Shown here: positions 24,623-37,262 of the stretch, piece by piece | How positions within the stretch are numbered: position 1 is the stretch's first letter | How the letters are laid out: each line of letters opens with the position of its first letter | Origin: an uncultured beta proteobacterium | GTDB taxonomy: Bacteria > Pseudomonadota > Gammaproteobacteria > Burkholderiales > Casimicrobiaceae | Direction: 5' to 3' | Length of the DNA stretch: 64,000 bases | Assembly: GCA_963793355.1 (NCBI GenBank) | Contig: CAWBZT010000005.1 | Coordinates: 132,864-196,863, forward strand | Position numbers and translations under genes: made by a program | Notes under the pieces: model-generated | What the model was told of the DNA's origin: nothing | The model's database searches: none | Seen by the model: only the letters and a program-made list of their open reading frames with translations

Positions 24623-27600
24623 GTGAACGTGCAGCAGATCGCGGACCTGGCCTGGGCCGGCCAGCATGAACAGGCCATCGCGGCGGCCAGTGCCGCGCTC
24701 AAGCTGAAGTCCATGAGCGTCGACGAGCGCATGACGCTTCTCGACCTGCGCTCGGAAAGCCATCTCGCCGTCGGCGAACTGGCGCAGGCTGCCGCCGATG
24801 CGACCGCGATGAAGGCGTTGGCCAAGCGCGACGGCGGTGCCGAACTGCAGACACGCGCGCTCTGCCGCGATGCGCTCCTGCATATTCGCACGGGCAACGC
24901 CCGCTCGGCCGCCGGCATTGCCGCACGGGCGCTGAAAGCGGCGGAGCGGAGCCGCCAGCCGGCGCAGATTGCACTCGCCCTTTCGCGACTCGCCCACGCG
25001 CAAGTCAATTCGAGGAGCGATCTCGCCGCCGCCGTGCGCAACGCGACGCGGGCGGCCGCCCTTTTCGAGACGCTCGGCGACACCGTGCAGCTGGGCCGTG
25101 CGTGGAGTGTCCGCAGCAATGCGCTGTGGGCCTCCGAACAAGCCGTTCAGAGCAAGCAGGCCGCAAGCGTGGCACTCGCACTGGGACGGCGCTGCGGGGA
25201 CCTGTACGGCCAGGGCGCGGCCCTCAATTCGCTCGCGTTGTGCGAAGCGGACCTCGCGCAGGGCCTCCGGCTGTTCGGCCAATCGCTCGACGCGTATCGA
25301 GCGGCGGGCCACGTGCTGAGCCAGGCGAACGCCACCGGCAATCTGGCGGCGACCTACGGCGACCTCGGACTCTACCGGCACGCGCGCCGCCTGACGCTCG
25401 ATGCCGTGCACATCGCGGAGCGCACCGGCGCGCGCGGTAGTTTTTCCCTGGTTTTCGCGTGGAACCTGGCCGAATGGGCATGCGCAGTGGGATCGCTGGA
25501 GGAGGCCCGCGCCCGCGTCGCCGAGGCAAGCGCCCTGACGCGCGCGGTCGGCGACCAACGTTTCCGTTCCCTTCCGCTGCAAGCGAAGGGCTGGCTTGCA
25601 CTGCGTGAAGGACGCCCTGCCCTCGCCGCGCGGTATCTGGAGCAGGCTGCCCGCCAAGCCACCTCGAGCGAACCGAGACTGGCGGCTCTGACCGACGCGG
25701 CAAGCGCACATCTCGCCGCCGGGCACCCCGCGGCGGCGCTGGCGGCGACGCGCCGGGTCACCGACCAGCATCGCGCCATGCGCTTCGCGCTGCTGGATAT
25801 GGTCAAGCCGTCGAAGCTGTGGTGGCGGCACAGCCAGGCACTGCGAGCCAACGGCCGGAGCACGGAAGCGCGCAAGGCGCTCGAGCGGGCGTGGGGCCAG
25901 TTGCTCGGCAGCTTCCTGAGCCTCAGCGACGAGGGCATGCGGCGCAACTATCTCAACAAGCGCCAGGAGAACCGCGAGCTCGTGCTCGCCTGGCTCGAAC
26001 ATGCGCGTGATCGCAAGCTGCCGCGCCGCCAGCGTGAAGCACACCTCGCCGGGAAGATGAGCCTCGCGGCGTCGTTCGAGCGACTGGTCGACACCGGTCT
26101 GCGGCTCAACGAAATCAAGTCGGAGCGCGAACTCCACGAGTTCCTCGTCGACGAGGTCACCGAGCTGTCCGGCGCGGAACGCGTGCTCCTCGTGCTGGAA
26201 ACGGCGACCACGCCGCCTGCCCTTCACCTGGCCGGCTCGCTCGTGCCCACCGGCGAGGACGAGCGCGCGCTGCTCGAGACGGTGACGCCGTGGCTGCTGG
26301 AAACCCGCCGCAACCGGGCAGTGACCCTGCGCCATTCGCCCGACGCCGCCCCGCGCCTCGCCCAGCGCAGCAGCCTCGTCGTGCCGCTGATCGTGCAGCG
26401 CGAGCTCCTTGGCTATATCTACGCCGACATCGACGGCGCGTTCGGCCGCTTCCACGACGGCGACCGCGACCTGCTGGCGATGCTCGCGAGCCAGGCGGCC
26501 GTTGCGCTTGCCAACGTGCGCTTCGCCGAAGGCCTTGAACGCAAGGTGGTCGAGCGCACGACCGAGCTCGAGCAGCGCGCCGCCGAGCTCACGATCATCA
26601 ACAGCATCCAGCAGGGCATCGCCGGCTCGCTCGACTTTCAGGGCATCGTCGAGCTTGTCGGCGCGAAGCTGCGCGAGGTGCTGAAAAGCAACGACATCGG
26701 CATTTCGTGGATACGACCATGCGGCACGCCGGATCAGCCGGATCGTATGTCGATCGAGCACGGCCGAAGCCTCGATACTCCTCCGTCCACGATCGATTCG
26801 GACGAGCGTGGGCAAAGATCATGCGCATGAGCGGCATCGAGGCGCGCAGTCGAGAACCCGCGGCCGAGCAGGTCGCTTCGGAAGCAGCGCCGCAGGGGCT
26901 ACACCCGGCACCGATCAGAGCCAGTCCACGTCGACGTGCCGATTGTCGTCGGCGACCGCGCGTCTCGGCGTCGATCAGCATGGAGAACCACGAGCGCGAG
27001 CATGCGTTCGGCGAATCCGAGGTGCGCCTGCTGACCGACCATAGCGGCGTCGATGGGCGTCGCGCTGCAAAGCGCGCGCCTCTTCGACGAGACGCAGCGG
27101 CTGTTGAAGGAGACCGAGCAGCGCAATGCCGAGCTCGCGGTGATCAACAGCATCCAGCAGGGCATGGCGGGGTCGCTCGATTTCCAGGGCATCATCAACC
27201 TGGTCGGCGACAAGCTGCGCGAGGTGCTGAAGAGCGAAGACATCGGCATCCGGTGGTTCGATCATCAGACCATGCAGGTCCACCACCTGTACGAGTTCGA
27301 GCACGGCAAGCGGCTGGAGATACCCCCTGCGCCGCTGCGACCGGAGCTAACGAAGCGCCGTGAGCCGCGGGTCTTCGGCACCGCGGCCGACATGATTGCC
27401 GCGGGACTGCACCACATGCCCGGCACCGACCAGGCCAAGTCGATGATCAACGTGCAGATCATCGGCAGCGACCGCGTTCTGGGCATCATCCTGCTCGAGG
27501 ATCACGAGCGCGAGCACGCGTATGGCCCTGCCGACGTGCGCCTGCTGCAGACCGTCGCGTCGTCGATGGGCGTCGCGCTGGAGGCCGCACGCCTGTTCGA

Positions 27601-30193
27601 CGAGACGCAGCGCCGCACGCGAGAGAGCGCGGCGCTCGCCGAAGTGGGACGCGACATCTCGTCGACGCTCGATCTCGCCACGGTGATGAACCGCATCGCG
27701 CACCACGCCAAGGAACTGCTCGGCGCGAATCACAGCGCGATCTTCCTGCCGGAAGGGGGCAAGGACGGCGCGACGGCGTCCTTCCGCGCGATCGTCGCCG
27801 AAGGTGAGGAAGCCGCGCAGGTGAAAGACACGATCATCGTGCCCGGCGCGGGCATCATCGGCAGCATCATCGCCAGCGGTCGCGCCGAATTCGTCAACGA
27901 CACGAGCCACGACCCGCGTGCCGTCCAGATCGCCGGCACCGACCAGGCCAGCGACGAGCGTCTCATGGTGGCGCCGTTGCGCGCAGGCAAGACGGTGAAG
28001 GGCGCGATGGCGGTCTGGCGGACCGGCGGCAAGCCGTTCCAGGCGAGCGAGCTCGAGTTCCTGCTCGGCCTGTCGCTGGCAGCTGCCGTCGCCATGGAGA
28101 ACGCGCGGCTTTTCGCCGAGGCACAGCAGCGCGCGGCCGAACTCGACACGGTCAACACCGTGTCGAGGGAGCTCGCGGGCAAGCTCGACCTCTCGGCGCT
28201 GATCGAGCTCGTCGGCAACCAGATCAAGGCGCTGTTCAAGCCCGACATCGCCTATGTCGCCCTGCTCGACCGCGACGCCGACATCATCAACTTCCCCTAC
28301 CGGCACGGCGACGTCAGCGGGTCGCGGCGGCGCGGCGAAGGGCTCACCAGCAAGATCATCGACACCGGCGAGGCGCTGCTGCTCAACAGCGATGTCGATG
28401 GCCGCGCCGCGGCGCTCGGTGCCAAGCGCGTCGGCAAGGAGGCGCGCTCCTACCTCGGCGTGCCGATCACCGTCGAGGGACGCGCCGAAGGCGTGATCAG
28501 CGTCCAGAGCACCGAGCGCGAAGGCGTGTACGGCGCCGACGACCAGCGGCTGCTGGAGACCATCGCCGCCAATGTCGGCGTCGCGTTGCGCAACGCACGG
28601 CTCTTCGCCGAGGCGCAGGAGGCGCGCGCGCAGGCGGAGACCGCGAACGAGGCCAAGAGCTCCTTCCTTGCGACGATGAGCCACGAAATCCGCACGCCGA
28701 TGAACGCGGTCATCGGCATGAGCGGCCTTTTGCTCGACACGTCGCTCGACGCCGAGCAGCGCGACTACGCCACGACGATCCGCGATTCCGGCGATGCGCT
28801 CCTCACGATCATCAACGACATCCTCGACTTCTCCAAGATCGAAGCGGGCCGGATGGACATCGAGGCGCAGCCGTTCGACCTGCGCGAATGCGTCGAGTCG
28901 GCGCTCGACCTCGTCGGCACGCGCGCGGCGCAGAAGCAGCTCGATATCGCCTACCTGTACGAAGGTGACGTTCCGGCGGCGGTCGTCGGCGACGTCACGC
29001 GGCTGCGGCAGATCCTGCTCAACCTGCTCGCCAACGCCGTGAAGTTCACCGAGCGCGGCGAAGTCGTGCTGACGGTCAGCGCCGCGGGCAGCGGCGCGAA
29101 AAGCCAGCTCACGTTCGCGGTCCGCGACACGGGCATCGGTCTGTCCCGGGACGGAATCGGCCGCCTGTTCCAGAAGTTCACCCAGGCCGACGCCTCGACC
29201 ACGCGCAAGTACGGCGGCACCGGGCTCGGCCTCGCGATCAGCAAGCGACTGGCCGAGCTGATGGGCGGCACGATGTGGGCGGAAAGCGACGGACCCGGCC
29301 GCGGCGCCACGTTCAGCTTCACGCTCGAGGCGCCTGCCGCCACGCTTCCTGCGCAGGGCCGCCGCGAGTTCACCGGCGCGCAGCCCATGCTGCAGGGCCG
29401 GCGCGTGCTGGTGGTCGACGACAACTCCACCAACCGTCGCGTGCTCAACCTGCAGGCGGCCAAGTGGGGCATGGTGCCGAAGGACGCGGAATCGCCCGAC
29501 GAGGCGCTGCGCTGGGTCGCCGACGGGCAGGACTTCGACGTCGCCATCCTCGACATGCACATGCCGCAGATGGACGGGCTCACGCTCGCACGGCAGATCC
29601 GCGCGCGCAATCCCGCGCTGCCGCTGGTGCTGTTCAGCTCGCTGGGGCGCAAGGAGGCCGGCGACACCGAGGGCCTGTTCAGCGCGTACCTCGCCAAGCC
29701 GCTGCGCCAGAGCCAGTTGTTCGACACGCTGGTGACGTTGCTCGCGCATGACGCGGCGCCCAGGGCGCCGGCCCCCGCCAGGCCCAAGCTCGACGGCGGA
29801 ATGGCGAAGCGCCATCCGCTGCGCATCCTGCTGGCCGAGGACAACGTCGTCAACCAGAAGCTCGCGCTGCGCGTGCTGCAGCAGATGGGCTATCGCGCCG
29901 ATCTCGCGTCGAACGGCGTCGAGGCGGTCGAGAGCGTGCAGCGGCAGACGTACGACGTGGTGCTGATGGACGTCCAGATGCCGGAGATGGACGGGCTCGA
30001 AGCCGCGAGGGCGATCACGTCGCGCTGGCGCGCCGGCGAGCGTCCGCGCATCGTCGCGATGACCGCCAACGCCATGCAGGGCGACCGCGAGATGTGCCTC
30101 GCGGCCGGCATGGACGACTATCTGACCAAGCCGATCCGCGTCGACCAGCTCGTCGACGCGCTCAACCTCGTGCAAAGCCGCGGAGAAGGATGA
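24623..30193 (+). CDS. giant hybrid histidine kinase 3: TPR - 5 GAF - HisKA - HATPase - REC - REC (frameshifts at 26.7-27.05 kb)
   Basis: ORFs 24623..26830 and 27053..30193 are joined by a corrupted GAF ([20 protein letters not shown] is still visible in another frame). Confidence 0.85.
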
Positions 30194-30194
30194 C

Positions 30195-30542
30195 ATGACG
30201 CAACCCACGATCGACCTCGCGACGTTCGACGAGCTGAAGGAGACCGCCGGCGCGGAGTTCGCCGTCGAGCTCGTCGACACGTTCCTGACCGAGGCGCCGT
30301 CGATGCTCGCCGAATTGCGCCGCGCCTATGCGGCGGGCGACGCGGACGCCTTCCGGCGCGCCGCGCATTCGCTGAAGTCGAACGGCAACACGTTCGGCGC
30401 GCGCACGTTCGCGACGATGGCGAAGACGCTGGAGCTGGGCGGCATGGCGCCGGTGCAGGCCGCCTCCGGCGCGCCGCTCGCCGAGCTCGACGAGGAATAC
30501 GGCCGTGTCGTCCGGACCTTGACGGAGCTCAAGCGTGCGTGA
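30195..30542 (+). CDS. stand-alone Hpt phosphotransfer protein
   Basis: 115 aa, helical, with the RRAAHSLKSNGNTFGA Hpt motif. Confidence 0.92.
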   Translation: MTQPTIDLATFDELKETAGAEFAVELVDTFLTEAPSMLAELRRAYAAGDADAFRRAAHSLKSNGNTFGARTFATMAKTLELGGMAPVQAASGAPLAELDEEYGRVVRTLTELKRA

Positions 30543-31575
30543 GCGCGGACGAGGCGGCGCGCGACTTCTCGTCGTCGACGACAACAAGGTCAACCGGCTG
30601 CTGCTCACGCGCAGCCTCGAGCTGCAGGGACACAGCGTCGCATCCGCCGAGAACGGCCGGGTGGCGCTCGAGGTGCTCCGGCGCGAAGCGTTCGACCTGC
30701 TGCTGCTCGACATGGAGATGCCGGAGATGAACGGCTTCCAGGTGCTCGAGCAGCTGAAGGCGGACCTCGCGCTGCGCGACCTGCCGGTGGTCGTGACGTC
30801 GTCGCTCGAGGGCATCGAGAACGTCGTGCGCTGCATCGAGCTCGGCGCCGAGGACTATCTGCCGAAGCCGGTCAATCCGGTGCTGCTGAAAGCGCGTGTC
30901 GGCGCGAGCCTGGAAAAGAAGCGGCTGCGCGACGCGCAGAAGGAGCTGGTGCGCCGCTTCGCCGCACCGGAGGTCGCCGATGCACTGCAGGAGTCCGGCT
31001 TCGAGCTCGGCGGCAAGCGCGTGACGGGCACGGTGATGTTCACCGACATCCGCGGCTTCACGTCGCTGGCGGAAACGCAGTCGCCCGAGGAGACGATCGA
31101 GCTCCTCAACACCTACTACACGCTGATGTTCGACGCGATCGGGGGCCACGGCGGAATCGTCAGCCAGATTGCCGGCGACGGCCTGATGGCGATCTTCGGC
31201 GCCCCGCTCCCGCTGCCCGATCACGCCGACGCCGCCGTGCGCAGCGCGCTCGACATGATCGAGATGATCGGCCTGTTCAACGCCGAGCAATCGGCGGCCG
31301 GCCGCCCGGCCATCCGCATCGGCATCGGCATCGCCACGGGGGACATGGTCGCCGGCTATACGGGCACACAGCAGCGCGCGACGTACACGTGCATCGGCGA
31401 CACGGTCAACCTGGCCGCGCGGCTGGAAGCGCACACGAAAGAGGCGCAGCGCGCGATCCTCATCGACGCGGCCACCCGGGCCGGCCTGCGCGAGGACATC
31501 GGCACGGACGCGCTCGGTCCGGTGCCGATACGCGGCAAGGCGCAGCCGGTCGACGTCTACGCGGTCAGGAGCTGA
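30535..31575 (+). CDS. response-regulator receiver fused to class III adenylate/guanylate cyclase
   Basis: REC (LVVDD, LLLDMEMP, LPKP) plus cyclase (VMFTDIRGFT, AGDGLMAIFGAP, YTCIGDTVNLAARLE). Confidence 0.92.
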   Translation: MRERGRGGARLLVVDDNKVNRLLLTRSLELQGHSVASAENGRVALEVLRREAFDLLLLDMEMPEMNGFQVLEQLKADLALRDLPVVVTSSLEGIENVVRCIELGAEDYLPKPVNPVLLKARVGASLEKKRLRDAQKELVRRFAAPEVADALQESGFELGGKRVTGTVMFTDIRGFTSLAETQSPEETIELLNTYYTLMFDAIGGHGGIVSQIAGDGLMAIFGAPLPLPDHADAAVRSALDMIEMIGLFNAEQSAAGRPAIRIGIGIATGDMVAGYTGTQQRATYTCIGDTVNLAARLEAHTKEAQRAILIDAATRAGLREDIGTDALGPVPIRGKAQPVDVYAVRS

Positions 31576-31644
31576 ACGGCGAAGCGGAGCGGCGGGCCGC
31601 GGAAGTCCGGTGCCGTTCGCGGGAGGGCGTCCGGGCCCCGAGGT

Positions 31645-32123
31645 TCAGCGGATCGGCCGCTCGTAGCGGACGTCCGGCTCGCCTTCCTCGTTGGTGCTGC
31701 CGTCGCCGAACTCGACGGCGGTGAACCCGTGGCGCTCGTAGAAGCGCCGGGCACCGGTGTTGCACTGGAACGTGTACAAGCGCAGGACCGGCGTCACCAT
31801 CCGGGCCTCGACGACGATGATGTCGAGGAGCTCGCGGCCGATGCCCTTGCCGGTCCAGCCGGGCCGCAGATAGAGATGCTCGAGCCACGCGCCGTCGCGC
31901 GCCGCGAAGCCGACGATCTCCTCGCCGATCTGCGCGATGCGGATCGACCGGCGCGGGAACACCACTTCGCGCATCCACGCGTGGATCTCGTCGTTCGTGT
32001 GCACGCGCTTCACCCGCGGCAGGGTGGTTGCCCGCGACGCGATGAAGAGCTCGGCGACACTGGCGGTTTCCTGCGCGAAGTGCACCGGGTCGGGCCGGCG
32101 GATGACGAGCTGCGGCGCCGGCG

Positions 32124-32127
<4 letters not shown>
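31645..32127 (-). CDS. GNAT family N-acetyltransferase
   Basis: [33 protein letters not shown] and NEEGEPD. The start overlaps the uvrA stop. Confidence 0.88.
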
Positions 32128-35054
<2,927 letters not shown>

Positions 35055-35136
35055 GGGCTCCTGTTCGCGCGAGCGACTCGCGCCGTGCCTCGCGACGCCG
35101 GAACCGCCCTGTCCGGCATGCGCACCCCGCCCGTCC

Positions 35137-35237
35137 GGGCCCGCAGGCTCGGACCCCTCGGGCTCGGTCCCTCGGGTTCATTCCCTCGGGTCAAGTCCTT
35201 CGGGTTCAGTCCCCTCGGGTTCGGGCCCCTCAGGCTC
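35137..35237. repeat. degenerate tandem repeat, about 7 x 14-15 bp (consensus RGTCCC(C)TCGGGYTC)
   Basis: Units gggcccgcaggctc / ggacccctcgggctc / ggtccctcgggttc / attccctcgggtca / agtccttcgggttc / agtcccctcgggttc / gggcccctcaggctc. Confidence 0.85.
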
Positions 35238-35389
35238 AGACGTAAGGCCGAAGGCGCGCGAGGCAACCTGTTAGTATATTGCGTTTCGTGTTCGAGATCA
35301 CCGCGCACGCTTCGACGCCGCGATCGGCGACCCGCCGGCTCCGCATCGCGTCGATTGCGCGCAGTTCCGCGCCCGCCCAAACGCATCGC

Positions 35390-36619
35390 ATGACCACTGC
35401 CGCCGCGACGCGCACTACGACCGTGCGCATGACCGCCACGGAGCGTCGCGCCACGATCGCGCTCGCGAGCGTCTCGGGGCTGCGCATGCTCGGCATGTTC
35501 ATCGTGCTGCCGGTGTTCGCGCTGTTCGCCGAGCATCTTCCGGGCGGGCACGACCGCACGCTGGTGGGCATCGCCCTCGGCATCTACGGTCTCACGCAGG
35601 CGGCCCTGCAGATCCCCTTCGGCTGGGCCTCGGACAGATGGGGACGCAAGCCGGTGATTTACAGCGGGCTCGCGCTGTTCGCCGGCGGAAGCTTCGTCGC
35701 GGCCCTCGCCCCGACGATCGGCTGGACGATCGCCGGCCGCGCGCTGCAGGGCGCGGGCGCGGTGTCCGCCGCCGTCATCGCGCTGTGCGCCGACCTGACG
35801 CGCGAGAGCGTGCGCACGCGTGCGATGGCGACGATCGGCATCACGATCGGCACGACGTTCGCGCTGTCGCTGGTCGCCGGTCCGCTGCTCGACGCCGCGA
35901 TCGGTGTGCCGGGGATTTTCGCCTTGACCGGCGTGCTGGCCCTGGCCGCGCTCGCGGTCGTACGCTACGGCATCCCGCCGCTTGCGGCGCCGTCGCGCGC
36001 CGCGCCGCTGCGCGTCGCCTTCGGACGCGTGCTCGCCGACGCCAACCTGCTGCGGCTCAACTACGGCATCTTCGCGCTGCACGCGCTGCTGATGGCCATG
36101 TTCGTCGAGATGCCGTTCGCCCTGCGCGACAACGGCGTCGCCGCCACCCGCCAGTGGGAGGTATACCTGCCGGTGGTCGTTCTTTCGGTGGCGCTGATGT
36201 GGCCGTTCGCGCGCACCGCCGACCGCCCGCGGCGCGGCAAGCCGGTGTTCGTCGGCGCGGTCGCGGTGCTGCTCGTCGCACAGGTCGCGCTGGCGCTGGG
36301 GCTGCATTCGCTGCCGGCCATCCTCGCTGGCCTGCTGCTGTTCTTCGCCGCGTTCAACCTGCTCGAGGCGACGCTGCCGGCGCTGGTGTCGCGCTACGCG
36401 CCCGCCGATCTCAAGGGCTCGGCGGTCGGCGTGTACGCGAGCGTGCAGTTCCTCGGCGCGTTCGTGGGGGCGACGGCCGGCGGCTGGCTGGCCCAGCATG
36501 CCGGTCCCGCCGCCGTATTCGGCTTCGGCGTCGTCCTCACGGCCGTGTGGCTGGTCGTCGGCCTGACGATGGCGGCGCCCCCCGCGTATCCGTCCAACTA
36601 TTCCCTGGGAGAAACGTAA
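35390..36619 (+). CDS. MFS transporter (YajR-like)
   Basis: LRMLGMFIVLPV, GWASDRWGRKP (MFS motif A) and FNLLEATLPALVS; sits between uvrA and ssb. Confidence 0.9.
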   Translation: MTTAAATRTTTVRMTATERRATIALASVSGLRMLGMFIVLPVFALFAEHLPGGHDRTLVGIALGIYGLTQAALQIPFGWASDRWGRKPVIYSGLALFAGGSFVAALAPTIGWTIAGRALQGAGAVSAAVIALCADLTRESVRTRAMATIGITIGTTFALSLVAGPLLDAAIGVPGIFALTGVLALAALAVVRYGIPPLAAPSRAAPLRVAFGRVLADANLLRLNYGIFALHALLMAMFVEMPFALRDNGVAATRQWEVYLPVVVLSVALMWPFARTADRPRRGKPVFVGAVAVLLVAQVALALGLHSLPAILAGLLLFFAAFNLLEATLPALVSRYAPADLKGSAVGVYASVQFLGAFVGATAGGWLAQHAGPAAVFGFGVVLTAVWLVVGLTMAAPPAYPSNYSLGET

Positions 36620-37141
36620 ATGGCCTCGGTCAACAAAGTCATCCTGCTCGGCAACCTCGGGCGCGATCCCGAAACGCGCTACACGACGGGTGGCGACGCG
36701 GTCACCAATCTCAACATCGCGACGTCCGAGCAGTGGAAGGACAAGAGCGGCGAGAAGCAGGAGCGCACCGAGTGGCACCGCGTGGTGCTGTTCGGCCGCC
36801 AGGCGGAGATCGCCAGCGAATACCTGAAGAAGGGCCGCTCCGTGTACATCGAGGGCCGGCTGCAGACGCGCAAGTACACGGACAAGGACGGGGTCGAGAA
36901 ATACTCGACGGAAATCGTCGCCGATCGCATGCAGCTCCTGGGCGGCCGCGACGGCCCCGGCGGCGGAAGCGGCGGGGACGTCGATTTCGCCGCGCCGGCA
37001 GGCGGCACGGGCGCCCGCCGCGAGAGCAGCGGCGGCGGCAGCAGCGGCGGCAGCAGCGGCAGCGGCGGCGGCGGCGGGAGCAAGCGCAACGAGGGCGGCA
37101 AGAAGTCCACCGAGGACTTCGACGACGACATCCCGTTCTGA
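36620..37141 (+). CDS. ssb: single-stranded DNA-binding protein
   Basis: [18 protein letters not shown], Gly/Ser linker, DDDIPF tail. Confidence 0.98.
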   Translation: MASVNKVILLGNLGRDPETRYTTGGDAVTNLNIATSEQWKDKSGEKQERTEWHRVVLFGRQAEIASEYLKKGRSVYIEGRLQTRKYTDKDGVEKYSTEIVADRMQLLGGRDGPGGGSGGDVDFAAPAGGTGARRESSGGGSSGGSSGSGGGGGSKRNEGGKKSTEDFDDDIPF

Positions 37142-37262
37142 AGCGCCGGGCGGGACAAAGACCCGTTGGCGGGCGGGAGCGGGCAGGCGACAAGGAGAGT
37201 AGACTCGTAGCGTACAAAAAATAGCGAGTTTCCCTTACGTCAGATTGCAGAAAGGTGCCGCC

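Noticed and set aside
13200-28620. Phytochrome or cyanobacteriochrome photoreceptor GAFs
   Set aside because: No DIP or conserved chromophore Cys-His motifs seen in the GAF modules.
35137-35237. CRISPR array
   Set aside because: Units are contiguous, 14-15 bp and degenerate, with no spacers and no cas genes.
35268-35283. LexA/SOS box upstream of uvrA (CTGTTAGTATATTGCG)
   Set aside because: The left half matches CTGT but the right half is TGCG rather than ACAG; too degenerate to call.
37025-37082. GGC/AGC microsatellite
   Set aside because: Encodes the ordinary Gly/Ser linker of SSB.
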